Of a stretch of 64,000 bases of DNA, positions 1-8,642 are shown in pieces (the stretch's first letter is position 1; the number at the start of each line of letters is the position of its first letter). Below the pieces are notes generated by a model. It was not told where the DNA came from. It did no database searches and was given only the letters and a program-made list of their open reading frames with translations. The DNA is from an uncultured Verrucomicrobiae bacterium (lineage in GTDB: Bacteria; Verrucomicrobiota; Verrucomicrobiia; Chthoniobacterales; JAATET01), in assembly GCA_963719495.1 (NCBI GenBank), contig CAVRCI010000002.1, positions 672,001 to 736,000 on the forward strand. The letters run 5' to 3'. The translations under genes and the position numbers were made by a program.

Positions 1-1171
1 GGACCGCTTCGGTGCGGGTCGTGTCGGCTCCGTCGATGTCCTGCACGCCATTCATGCCGATCTCGACACCGCCGGGCGTCGGTCGCCAGCAGAAATACCA
101 GACCGCGTCGGCTCCGCGTTCCGCGAAAACCTCGGTGCTGGCGACGAGATACTTTTCGTCCCAATAGTGCGCGGCGAATCCGCTTTTCCAGAAGCGCTCG
201 TGCGGCCCGCCCTGGACCTCGGCGAGGATGAATTCCGCCCCGCCCGGCTTGGCCGTCTCGGCGCAGCTCCGCATGAGATCGCAGTTCAGGCGGAAGCTCG
301 CGAGGTCGCGCGCGAGGTCGCCGGTGGCCTCGTAGAGGTCGGTGCCGACCCAATCGAGGCCGCGCGACTGGGCGCGGTAGTCCTGGCCGATGGCGTTGGC
401 GGCACGGATGCCGACTTCGGGGATGTTGCAGCCGATCTTCTGTCCGCTCGTGCATTTTCTCAAAAGGGCGGCCTGCGCCTGGACGAAATCCGCCATGTTC
501 GTGTCGCGCCAACGGAGAAAATCGAGGTGGGAATGCGGATTGTTCCGCGGATGGTGGGTCTCCCAGACTTGGTCCCAATCGTTGGCGGACTGCGACCAGA
601 ATTGCGCGAACCACGCTGCGTTCAGCGCGTCGAGGGTGCCGTATTTTTTGCGCAACCAATCCCGACCGTCGGCGAGGAAGTGGGGGTTGAAATCGTAGAA
701 TTCGTCGGTGCGTTCGGCGTAGTTGGGTTCGTTGTCGATCTGCCAGGCGGTCACCGCCGGGTGATTCCCGTAGCGGCGGGCGAGGGTCTCGATGGCCCGC
801 CACGCCTCGGCGCGCGCCGCCGGGTGGTTCCAGCACGTCAAGTGCCGGGAGTATCGGCACGGCTCGCCCTTGGCGTTGACGAGACGGGCGTCGGGGTAGC
901 GCTGGAAAAACCAGGGCGGTGGGGTGGCGGTTGGGGTGGCGAGGCAGACGTCCAGCCCGCGATCCGCGGCGAGATCGAGGAAGTGGTCGAGGCCGTCCCA
1001 TCGCCAGGTGTCCGGCGTCGGCTGATACCACACCCACGCGAATTCCAGAATGCGGATGGTTCGCAGTCCGGCATTCCGCATTCGGTCCAGATCGCGCGCC
1101 CAGTCTGACTCCGGGTAGTAGTCGGGGTAATAGGCCGTCCCAAAGGTCGGCGTGGTTGATTCGCAGGTCAT
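1..1171 (-). CDS. GH42-like beta-galactosidase family glycoside hydrolase (3' end runs off window)
   Basis: Hand-translated, not in the ORF track: MTCESTTPTFGTAYYPDYYPESDWARDLDRMRNAGLRTIRILEFAW..., acid/base motif WQIDNEP, nucleophile-like FILAEVQGG. ATG overlaps the stop of the upstream gene (ATGA). Confidence 0.85.
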   Translation of the reverse strand, partial: MTCESTTPTFGTAYYPDYYPESDWARDLDRMRNAGLRTIRILEFAWVWYQPTPDTWRWDGLDHFLDLAADRGLDVCLATPTATPPPWFFQRYPDARLVNAKGEPCRYSRHLTCWNHPAARAEAWRAIETLARRYGNHPAVTAWQIDNEPNYAERTDEFYDFNPHFLADGRDWLRKKYGTLDALNAAWFAQFWSQSANDWDQVWETHHPRNNPHSHLDFLRWRDTNMADFVQAQAALLRKCTSGQKIGCNIPEVGIRAANAIGQDYRAQSRGLDWVGTDLYEATGDLARDLASFRLNCDLMRSCAETAKPGGAEFILAEVQGGPHERFWKSGFAAHYWDEKYLVASTEVFAERGADAVWYFCWRPTPGGVEIGMNGVQDIDGADTTRTEAV

Positions 1172-2574
1172 GGCAGGCTGGTGGTTTGCAGGGTCAGCGG
1201 CATCGTCGCCGCGCGGTCGACGGAGAACGGCAGTCCGGTGCGCGCGCCGCCCGCGAGGGAAAGTCGGAGCGCGTAGTCGCCGAAGAATCCGCGGAATCGC
1301 AGGACGCCGTCCGCGTTGGTGCGGATCTGCTCGCGGCTCATCCACTCCTCGCGGATGAGCCTGCGCAAGCGTTCGAAGACGGGCTTGGGTTCGTGACCGG
1401 AGCGCTCGCCCCATTTGATCGCGTCGCCCATGAAGCCCCAAAAATAGAAGCTCTCCACGGACCGGTGTCCGAAGGCGCAGGTGAGCGTGTCGCAGATGAA
1501 GTCCGACTGCAGCGCGTCGATCTCCGCTGGCGGGAGCTTCGCCTCGCGCTCGAGATCGCCGGTGGCGGCCCAGAATTCCGTGATGTGAATCGGCAATCCG
1601 GTCGTCGCGAATTCGTCGTAAACGCGCCACAGATTCGCCGGCGTCGGCCAGCCGCTGTGGCTCTGCAGGCCGATGGCGTCGGGCAGGCTGCCGCGGCGAC
1701 CGAGTTCCGCGATCAGCTCCAGAAAACGCCGCCGCTGGCTCGCCGGGGTGACCTCGGACCCGTCGCTGCCGGTGGGCACGGCGGGCACGTCGTCGTTTTC
1801 CATTCCGTAGTCATTCACGACGTAGGTGGCATCGGGGTCTTCGTCGCGCGCCCAGCGCAGGACCGGCTCGATGGTGTCGGCAATTTCGGAGATCGGATCG
1901 ATGTGCGGCCATTGGCGGCGGTCGAGGTTGCGGAAGGCGGGTTCCCACATGGGTTCGTTGACGGCGTCCCAGACGCTCACGCGGCCCTTGAATCGCGCGA
2001 CGATATTGCGCACGCGGACTTCGGCAAATTTCATTCGCGTCTCGTGATCGTAGCGTTTCACCCACTCGGGCACGCACTTCGGGATCGACCAGAAGAGCGG
2101 GTGTCCCTTGGCCGCCAGGCCCTGGCTGAGGGTCCAATCCACCGTGCGCGCGAAATTCTCCAGTCGCCAGTCGCCCTGCTGGTCCTCGGTCTTCGACGCG
2201 TCGTTGCGGTCGCGTTCGGTCCAGTAGCAGAGGTTGTTGGCCGCGTTGAAGATCTCCGCAAATCGCCGCCGCCACGCCTGCGAGCGGGCGGTGTCCCACT
2301 CGCCGTCGCGCTCCATCGCGTCGAGCGCCCAGAGTTGATCGCCGAAGGGAAACGCGTGCTGCGTCTGGGCGACCTCCACGGCCACGTCGCGAACCGGATT
2401 TCCGGAGCGGTCGAGGAGCCGGATCTCGACGTCGCGCATCCGGTGGTTGCGGATGTTGCGGCGGGCGTCGGCGAGGATGCCAGCGGAGGTCGCGTCCGCC
2501 GAGCGGCCGGTCACGCGATCCATGTCGCGCCATTCCTCGCCGCCAGCGTGGGGATTTGAAGGGGAGTCACTCAT
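1168..2574 (-). CDS. GH10-like glycoside hydrolase (endo-xylanase family), no signal peptide
   Basis: KGHPLFW, WDAVNEP (acid/base), IGLQSH and PIHITEF (nucleophile) motifs; C-terminal FRGFFGDY beta domain. Confidence 0.85.
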   Translation of the reverse strand: MSDSPSNPHAGGEEWRDMDRVTGRSADATSAGILADARRNIRNHRMRDVEIRLLDRSGNPVRDVAVEVAQTQHAFPFGDQLWALDAMERDGEWDTARSQAWRRRFAEIFNAANNLCYWTERDRNDASKTEDQQGDWRLENFARTVDWTLSQGLAAKGHPLFWSIPKCVPEWVKRYDHETRMKFAEVRVRNIVARFKGRVSVWDAVNEPMWEPAFRNLDRRQWPHIDPISEIADTIEPVLRWARDEDPDATYVVNDYGMENDDVPAVPTGSDGSEVTPASQRRRFLELIAELGRRGSLPDAIGLQSHSGWPTPANLWRVYDEFATTGLPIHITEFWAATGDLEREAKLPPAEIDALQSDFICDTLTCAFGHRSVESFYFWGFMGDAIKWGERSGHEPKPVFERLRRLIREEWMSREQIRTNADGVLRFRGFFGDYALRLSLAGGARTGLPFSVDRAATMPLTLQTTSLP

Positions 2575-4426
2575 GGGGTTCGCTCATGTTGGTCCGGCTG
2601 CGTGTCGGCCAGTCTCCGGAGAAATCGATGACTAGTTTGTCGCGACCGTCGTTGACTTCGAGGACGCCCTTATCGAGCGGCTCGTTGACGTATCGGCTTT
2701 CGTAGACCGGCCAGTCGCGGAATTCCAGTGTCTCGCCGTTCGTCCACGCTTCGGGTCGTCCGCCGGGACCGCCGGTGTGGCGGATTTTCAACGAGTCGCC
2801 GTCGAGGCTCTCGTAGCTGACGGTGCGATTCTGCGCGAATTCGCTGAGATCCAACCGCTCGCCGGACAGCACAGCGTCCATGAACGTCGACGCGTCCGCG
2901 AACCGTTCGGTCGTGCCGGTGTCAATTACCCAGCCACCCAGCGCGCTATTGTTTTGCAGCCAGCGATAGCCGGGGAGTTCAGCGGACGCAGTTTTTTTTC
3001 CTTCGGGTCGAGTCCGTTGCTTCCACTCCGCCAAATCGGTCCAACTGGCACCGCCCCCGAGCGGCCACACCGCCACGAAGGTCTCGCCCGCGTGGAAGAA
3101 CAGCCAGCCGTCGCGTTCGCCCACCTGCTCCAATCCATCGGGGATCGCGAGGAGTGCGCGTCCACGGGAGACCTGGTCGAGTCCGTCCTCGGGACCGTTG
3201 CAGATCGTGATCATCGCGCCTCTGGCCTGATGATACTGGTTGTAGGGCGAGCGGCCCTCGACCGGGAAATGCCGATGGTAGCCGCTCGCCGCACCCAGAA
3301 CGAGCACGTCTTTCGGCGTCAGAATCGCGAGCTTGAACATCGTCGTCTGCGGCCAGATGACGTCCTTCATCAGATCGCCCGGCGTCGGATCATAGAGCGT
3401 TCCCATCGAGAACTGCGCGGTGTGGTAGAGGACCTCGTGTTGGTTGTTCGAGGCGTCGGAGCCGTAGTATTGGGGCTTCGATGCTCGGACGACGAACGGC
3501 ATTTCTACGTCCCGCCGGGCGATGGCGTTGATGATGGGATCGGGCCGGTAGCCGCTCATGGCCGCGACGACGCTGTAGCGCACGCCGACGTCGTCCGCGA
3601 GATCGACGGCGAAGTCCGGCGGGAGGGAGTCCCACCAGAGCCAGGCCATGATGTCGGTGTTTGCCCCGATGGGAGACCGGGCAAATCCCCGGGATTCCGG
3701 TCCGGCTTGGACGCCGTGGAAATATTTGAGTGCGTAGGCGGTCGCGTACCAATCGAGAGCCGCGCGGGCGAGTCCCCGCATCTCGGGGTCTTCGGCGAAA
3801 TCGAAGACGTTGAGCCAGCCGGTCGCGGTAAAGGCGACGTAGGTGCTGGAATCCCATTCGCCCATTCCGATGGTGTAAAGTTTGCGGCATTCGCGGCGGA
3901 GGAATTCGCGGAAAAACGCCTTTGGGTCGGTCTTCGGATCGCCGCTGCCGCCCTTCTGAAAACGCTCGGCGAAGAGGTACGCGCTCGTCCGCGACATCAT
4001 GCCATGGTTTTCGGTCCCGCCGGCGCGGAACTTGTCGAGGTGGCCGCCGGCATTCTCCTCGAACCAGGCCCGGACGTCTGGCGGCAGGGATTTCTCGAAC
4101 TCGAAAAAAATGCGCGTCTTGAAGATGGCCGAGAAGTGGTAGAGGCCGCGGTCGCCCTTCCCCGCGTCGACCTCCATGAGCCAGCGGTAGGCGTCCCAGG
4201 CTTCCTGATCGTCCGGATCGAAGTGCAGCTTCGCCGCGATGACGGGCAGGATGTATTTATGCGGGTCGCCGAGCTTGATGCGTTTTGCCCACGCGACGAT
4301 CTCGCCGACGTCTTCGTTCGCCCTCGAGCGGAGGATCAGCTCGGCTCGCGCGTCGAAGGTGTCCGCGGCGACCACCGCGTACACGAACGCCACGAGTCCA
4401 AGCAGCGTGATTGCGGACTTGGTCAT
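2567..4426 (-). CDS. Secreted hypothetical protein, possibly heparinase II/III-like (alpha-toroid plus beta-sandwich)
   Basis: Likely start MTKSAITLLGLVAF (signal peptide) at 4426 inside the 2567..4858 ORF. Helical N-half with GTENH and EWDSSTY motifs, beta-rich C-half; stop overlaps the next start. Confidence 0.6.
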   Translation of the reverse strand: MTKSAITLLGLVAFVYAVVAADTFDARAELILRSRANEDVGEIVAWAKRIKLGDPHKYILPVIAAKLHFDPDDQEAWDAYRWLMEVDAGKGDRGLYHFSAIFKTRIFFEFEKSLPPDVRAWFEENAGGHLDKFRAGGTENHGMMSRTSAYLFAERFQKGGSGDPKTDPKAFFREFLRRECRKLYTIGMGEWDSSTYVAFTATGWLNVFDFAEDPEMRGLARAALDWYATAYALKYFHGVQAGPESRGFARSPIGANTDIMAWLWWDSLPPDFAVDLADDVGVRYSVVAAMSGYRPDPIINAIARRDVEMPFVVRASKPQYYGSDASNNQHEVLYHTAQFSMGTLYDPTPGDLMKDVIWPQTTMFKLAILTPKDVLVLGAASGYHRHFPVEGRSPYNQYHQARGAMITICNGPEDGLDQVSRGRALLAIPDGLEQVGERDGWLFFHAGETFVAVWPLGGGASWTDLAEWKQRTRPEGKKTASAELPGYRWLQNNSALGGWVIDTGTTERFADASTFMDAVLSGERLDLSEFAQNRTVSYESLDGDSLKIRHTGGPGGRPEAWTNGETLEFRDWPVYESRYVNEPLDKGVLEVNDGRDKLVIDFSGDWPTRSRTNMSEPHE

Positions 4427-4437
4427 TCGAGGGTCGG

Positions 4438-6354
4438 TCAAGGATTCGCGGGAACTTCCGTGAGAACGAGGCTCGCCATGTTCACGATGCCGCCGGGTCC
4501 GTCGGGGGGACAGGTGAATTCGACGATATTGACCGGCTTCAGATTCGCAACCTCGACCGGGGCTTCCTCGATGGCGACATTGCCGGTCCCAAGTGGGACG
4601 GGTTGACCGTTGACCGTGCACGTCAAGGTCTCGAAGCCCTGACGCGCGAGCTTCAGTACCGCCGAATCGGAGGCCTCGCCGCGCTCTTCGGGAATGCGAA
4701 TTTCCATTTTCACCGATTCGCCGGGGGCGAGGCGCGCGAGAATGTCCGAAGCGAAGAATTGAGTCCGCGCGATCTGAGCGGCTTGCGGCGGGGTGCCGGA
4801 AAGAGTGAGGTCGAAGCGGACGGCGGATTTCGCGGGGATCGTCGGCGAGTATTCCCAAGTGGAACCCGGAGTCATCTCCTGCTCGGTGACCGCGAGTTCG
4901 CCCGTGGTCCCATCGGCGACGGTCGAACTCGCGCCGGTAAACGTCGTGCCTTCCGGCGCATTGAAGCGGATCGGGTCGGCCACCGGCTCGGCCGAGTCGT
5001 TGAAAGCCACGGCGGTGAGACGGTTCTCATCGAGACTTGCCACCAGCCAGACGTCGGGATGCGGACTGATGGTTTCAATGAGAGTGCCGCGCAGATTTTT
5101 CAGGAGACGAAATGCCGCCTGCACGCCGAGGTTGTTGTGGGCCTCGTGGGCCGCGCGGGCGACCGCCTTGTCGGGGCATTGATCGACGAGATAGACGATG
5201 TCGCGCAGCATGTACATGAGCGCGCCCTTGCGGGAATCCTCGCTGTCCGCCGTGAAGATCGGAGCGCCGACCGAGTCGGGCCGCTGCGGATCGAGCGTGC
5301 CGCCCGCCTCGGTGTTGTAGAACTTCAGATCCTTGTCGTAGCGCGTCCGCGCGTAGGCCGCGACCGTCTCGTAGCTCGCCGCGACGCGACGCGTGTCCTC
5401 GCCGTAGTGGTGCTCCGAGATGCCGTCGATCCAGGGCGCAAACCCGTCGACGAGCGGCTTGTAAAGCGTCTCCCAAGCGTCCCAATCGTTCTGGAAGATG
5501 TGAAAATCCCAGCCCGCGACGAGTTCGACATCCGGATTGGTTTCCTTGAGGGTCTTCGCGAAGGGGAGGAGCATCGCTTCGTAGAAAAACCGGTTCTGTT
5601 GGCCGGAATAATACGACTTCTGGGTCGGGTCGCGTCCCCACGGACGCCGCGCGATGGTCAGCGTGCGCTGGCCGCGAAAATCGTAGCTGTCGCCCTCGGC
5701 CAACTCGCCCTTGTCGATGAGCGGGATGGCGTAGGAAGAGGCGAGATAGTCCACCTTGCCGTCGTCGCCCACCGCCACGAGCTTCGAGTCCCAGACGAGA
5801 TGCTCCAGTGGGAGGCGTTCTCCCTTCAACGTCATCGGCCCGCCCTCGACGAGATCGGATTCTTCGAAGAATGCCCCGTCGTAGTTCACGCCAGGTTTCA
5901 CCGCCCAGTTGAGAAACGGTTCGTTCCAGAACTCCACGCAATGCCGCCCGGGCAATTCGCGGCTTTTTTCCCCGTAGCGCCGCGCCAGATCCGTGAGTCG
6001 CTTCTCCCAGGCGGGGTCGTGCAGGGGAAACGCGGGTTGGTAGCGGTCGAAATAGCAGTCCACCGGCAGCACGATTCCGGCGGGCACTCCAGGCGTCGTG
6101 CCGGGCACCGAAGGTTCTCCCGAGGGATGCTGATAAATCTGGCGCGTCGATTCCACGCCCCAATCCGCCACGATCTCCGGCGTGAGCGGGGTCGCGTGCA
6201 CGCCGAACAAGCCGCGCGGCACCTCCGTCGTTCCATTCACCGACAGCAGTCGTCCGGTGACGTGCGGGGGCGTCGAGGCGGGTCGATCCTCCGCGGCGAA
6301 GAGGACCAAGGGTGCCGACAATGGGAGCAGAAGAGCGGGGAGAAACTTCATCAT
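4438..6354 (-). CDS. Secreted clan GH-A glycoside hydrolase (GH39/GH51-like)
   Basis: Signal peptide MMKFLPALLL; VEFWNEP and FYNTEAG Glu motifs; C-terminal beta-sandwich; first gene of the minus-strand operon. Confidence 0.7.
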   Translation of the reverse strand: MMKFLPALLLPLSAPLVLFAAEDRPASTPPHVTGRLLSVNGTTEVPRGLFGVHATPLTPEIVADWGVESTRQIYQHPSGEPSVPGTTPGVPAGIVLPVDCYFDRYQPAFPLHDPAWEKRLTDLARRYGEKSRELPGRHCVEFWNEPFLNWAVKPGVNYDGAFFEESDLVEGGPMTLKGERLPLEHLVWDSKLVAVGDDGKVDYLASSYAIPLIDKGELAEGDSYDFRGQRTLTIARRPWGRDPTQKSYYSGQQNRFFYEAMLLPFAKTLKETNPDVELVAGWDFHIFQNDWDAWETLYKPLVDGFAPWIDGISEHHYGEDTRRVAASYETVAAYARTRYDKDLKFYNTEAGGTLDPQRPDSVGAPIFTADSEDSRKGALMYMLRDIVYLVDQCPDKAVARAAHEAHNNLGVQAAFRLLKNLRGTLIETISPHPDVWLVASLDENRLTAVAFNDSAEPVADPIRFNAPEGTTFTGASSTVADGTTGELAVTEQEMTPGSTWEYSPTIPAKSAVRFDLTLSGTPPQAAQIARTQFFASDILARLAPGESVKMEIRIPEERGEASDSAVLKLARQGFETLTCTVNGQPVPLGTGNVAIEEAPVEVANLKPVNIVEFTCPPDGPGGIVNMASLVLTEVPANP

Positions 6355-6409
6355 TCGGAAACCTATGCCGGACCGCGCGCGGCGGCGAGCGAAGGCGAAG
6401 ACTTGACAT

Positions 6410-6423
6410 TTTTACACGTATAG
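6410..6423. promoter_or_regulatory. Putative operator TTTTACACGTATAG, next to a TTGACA -35 box (6403-6408)
   Basis: Member of a 7-copy palindrome family; lies between the divergent GH operon and the lacI-family gene. Confidence 0.7.
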
Positions 6424-6439
6424 TAATGCTGCGCCACGC

Positions 6440-7471
6440 ATGGCTTCTCCCCACAAATCCCCCACGCTCCGCCAGATCGCGGAGAAAGCCGAAGTCTCCC
6501 CGATGACCGTTTCGCTCGCTCTGCGCAACAGCCCGAATCTCTCGAAAGCGACGCGGGAGCGGGTGCGGGCGCTGGCCGACGAGATGGGCTACCGGGTCAA
6601 TCCGCTCGTCTCTGTGCTCATGAGTCACGTCCGCAGCACCAAGAAGGTGAGCTACGTCGCGACGCTCGGAATGGTCAGCGCGTTCTCCACTCGGCACGGC
6701 TGGAACGAAAACCCCGCCTCGCGCCGCAGTGCCGAGGGTGCCCTCAGGCGCGCCCGGCAGCTCGGCTACGAACTGGACGATTTCTGGATTCGCGAGGCGG
6801 GCATGACGCCGGCGCGTTTCACGCAGATGTTGCTCACGCGGGGCATTCACGGCCTGGTCATTCCGGGGTTGGAAGATCCGGGCGGCACGCTGGACCTCGA
6901 TTTTTCGCAATTCGCGACCGCGGCGATGGGCTACACCCTGGCGCGGCCCGGCCTGCACCGGGTCGTGAACAACCAATTCGCCAGCGTGCGGCTCGCCATC
7001 GATACCCTCGCGGAACGGGGCTACGAGCGCATCGGTCTGGCCATCTCGGACGAAATGGAGCGGCGCTCGAACGACACCTGGCTGGGAGCACTGCTCGCCG
7101 GGCAGCGGAGATTTGCCGTGAAGAATCGCGTCCGCCCGCTCATTGCCTCGTCGCTGGATCGGGCGAGCGTGGACAAGTGGATCGCCGGTCAGAAACCGGA
7201 CGTCGTCATCGGCGTCGAAGCACCCCTCCGAACCTGGGTCGAGGAATCCGGGAAGAAACTGCGGAAGCACCTTGGATTCGTCCATCTTGACTGGTCCGAG
7301 CACCTCGGCGATGTCGCTGGCATCGACCAACAACCGGAACTCGTCGGTGCTGCCGTCGTCGACACCGTCGTCGCGCAACTCCAGCGCAACGAGCGCGGCA
7401 TCCCCGAGAATCCGAAGATCATCATGACCGACAGCCGCTGGGTCGACGGAGCAACGGTGCGGTCGGCGTGA
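6440..7471 (+). CDS. LacI-family transcriptional regulator
   Basis: N-terminal HTH PTLRQIAEKAEVSPMTVSLALRN...MGYRVNP followed by a periplasmic-binding-protein-like domain. Confidence 0.92.
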   Translation: MASPHKSPTLRQIAEKAEVSPMTVSLALRNSPNLSKATRERVRALADEMGYRVNPLVSVLMSHVRSTKKVSYVATLGMVSAFSTRHGWNENPASRRSAEGALRRARQLGYELDDFWIREAGMTPARFTQMLLTRGIHGLVIPGLEDPGGTLDLDFSQFATAAMGYTLARPGLHRVVNNQFASVRLAIDTLAERGYERIGLAISDEMERRSNDTWLGALLAGQRRFAVKNRVRPLIASSLDRASVDKWIAGQKPDVVIGVEAPLRTWVEESGKKLRKHLGFVHLDWSEHLGDVAGIDQQPELVGAAVVDTVVAQLQRNERGIPENPKIIMTDSRWVDGATVRSA

Positions 7472-7499
7472 GATTCAGCGACTAAATGAGATCTCGATA

Positions 7500-7513
7500 A
7501 TTTACGCATACAA
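7500..7513. promoter_or_regulatory. Putative operator copy ATTTACGCATACAA
   Basis: Its reverse complement differs from the 8580 site at one base. Confidence 0.45.
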
Positions 7514-7560
7514 TCTTCGCGAACTCGCTATTTCCGTCTTGGCTCGGCCAACGGCGCCCA

Positions 7561-8049
7561 GTGCCAAAACTTACGTTTGCCGGACTTGAATCCAGGGTTT
7601 CTCCGCGAAAGCAAGGGTTGAGATCGTTCGGCCGTTCGCATGTGCGCAGCGAAAATTTCGCAATTTTCGTCTGGGTCGGGTTGGGATTATGTTTTTGTTG
7701 GCAGTCGTCTTTCGGTGCGAGGTCGGGTTCCGTCGAAAGCAACACTGTCGTTGCCATAGGAAATGCGGACTATTCGTTTCAAGGAAGGCCATTTTTGACC
7801 GTATCTCCCGGTAGGACGTTCGAGCTCCAAGCCGTGCGCAGGACCGTTGCCCTCGTATCCGGTCTGCAGAAGGATGGCAGCAGCAGTGACTGGAGGACAA
7901 TCGGTAAGGTCGATTGGAGCTGGAAAGGCGAACTTATTCGAAAAGAAGGGCAGCTGGTCGCGGAAGGTGGTGTGGAAGAGGGCACTGCGGAAAAGACAAG
8001 TGATGTACCTGAAACGCCGACTCAACCAAGTGACTGGGATACCATCTAA
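7561..8049 (+). CDS. Hypothetical protein or gene remnant in low-GC insert
   Basis: ORF in an AT-richer segment; start uncertain; no recognised motif. Confidence 0.3.
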   Translation: MPKLTFAGLESRVSPRKQGLRSFGRSHVRSENFAIFVWVGLGLCFCWQSSFGARSGSVESNTVVAIGNADYSFQGRPFLTVSPGRTFELQAVRRTVALVSGLQKDGSSSDWRTIGKVDWSWKGELIRKEGQLVAEGGVEEGTAEKTSDVPETPTQPSDWDTI

Positions 8050-8068
8050 GTTGTCCACAATAACTACT

Positions 8069-8557
8069 ATGAATTCAAAAATCCATCGAGCAGTTCTCTT
8101 GATATGCGGTATTTCTTGTTATTCTGCTATTTGCCAAAACAAGGAAAGACAGGTTCTAGATATCTCCGGGCATTTTACATACGACCACGGTCCGGCTGAA
8201 TCTCCGCGCCCAACTGTTGAGTGTGTAACCGATCTAATCAAATTAGAATCCGAGTTGGATACGCTTCGTCGAGAAGTGTCGCCACCGTCAGAAGAAGCAA
8301 ATCGTAAACCCAATAGCGGTGACGATTTGACCCATAGGGAAGAGGAAGCTCTGCGGATTCATCGTGATATCATCACGATGAAAAATTACCTCGCGGCATA
8401 TCTGCAGAGAAGCCCGGAAGACGTGAAGATACCGATCGTTGCCAAGTTTCTATCCGAACACCCTGATTTCCGGCCCTTCGAGATCCCGAAAAAGGATCTG
8501 CCGCGCATTCCCAAGCTTGGCGAAACGTTTAATTTTAATTTCGGGTATGAGTTTTAA
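8069..8557 (+). CDS. Hypothetical exported protein (low GC)
   Basis: ATG at 8069 gives MNSKIHRAVLLICGISCYSAICQ, a signal-peptide-like start; 19 bp after the previous stop. Confidence 0.55.
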   Translation: MNSKIHRAVLLICGISCYSAICQNKERQVLDISGHFTYDHGPAESPRPTVECVTDLIKLESELDTLRREVSPPSEEANRKPNSGDDLTHREEEALRIHRDIITMKNYLAAYLQRSPEDVKIPIVAKFLSEHPDFRPFEIPKKDLPRIPKLGETFNFNFGYEF

Positions 8558-8579
8558 TCTCGGATCTCGGCCCCGGGGT

Positions 8580-8593
8580 TTGTACGCGTAAAT
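8580..8593. promoter_or_regulatory. Putative operator TTGTACGCGTAAAT
   Basis: Palindrome copy about 50 bp upstream of the 8643 start. Confidence 0.7.
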
Positions 8594-8642
8594 CGCCAAC
8601 GGATTCTCCGGCTGCGCGAGATTCCGGCAGAGTTGTCGCGCC

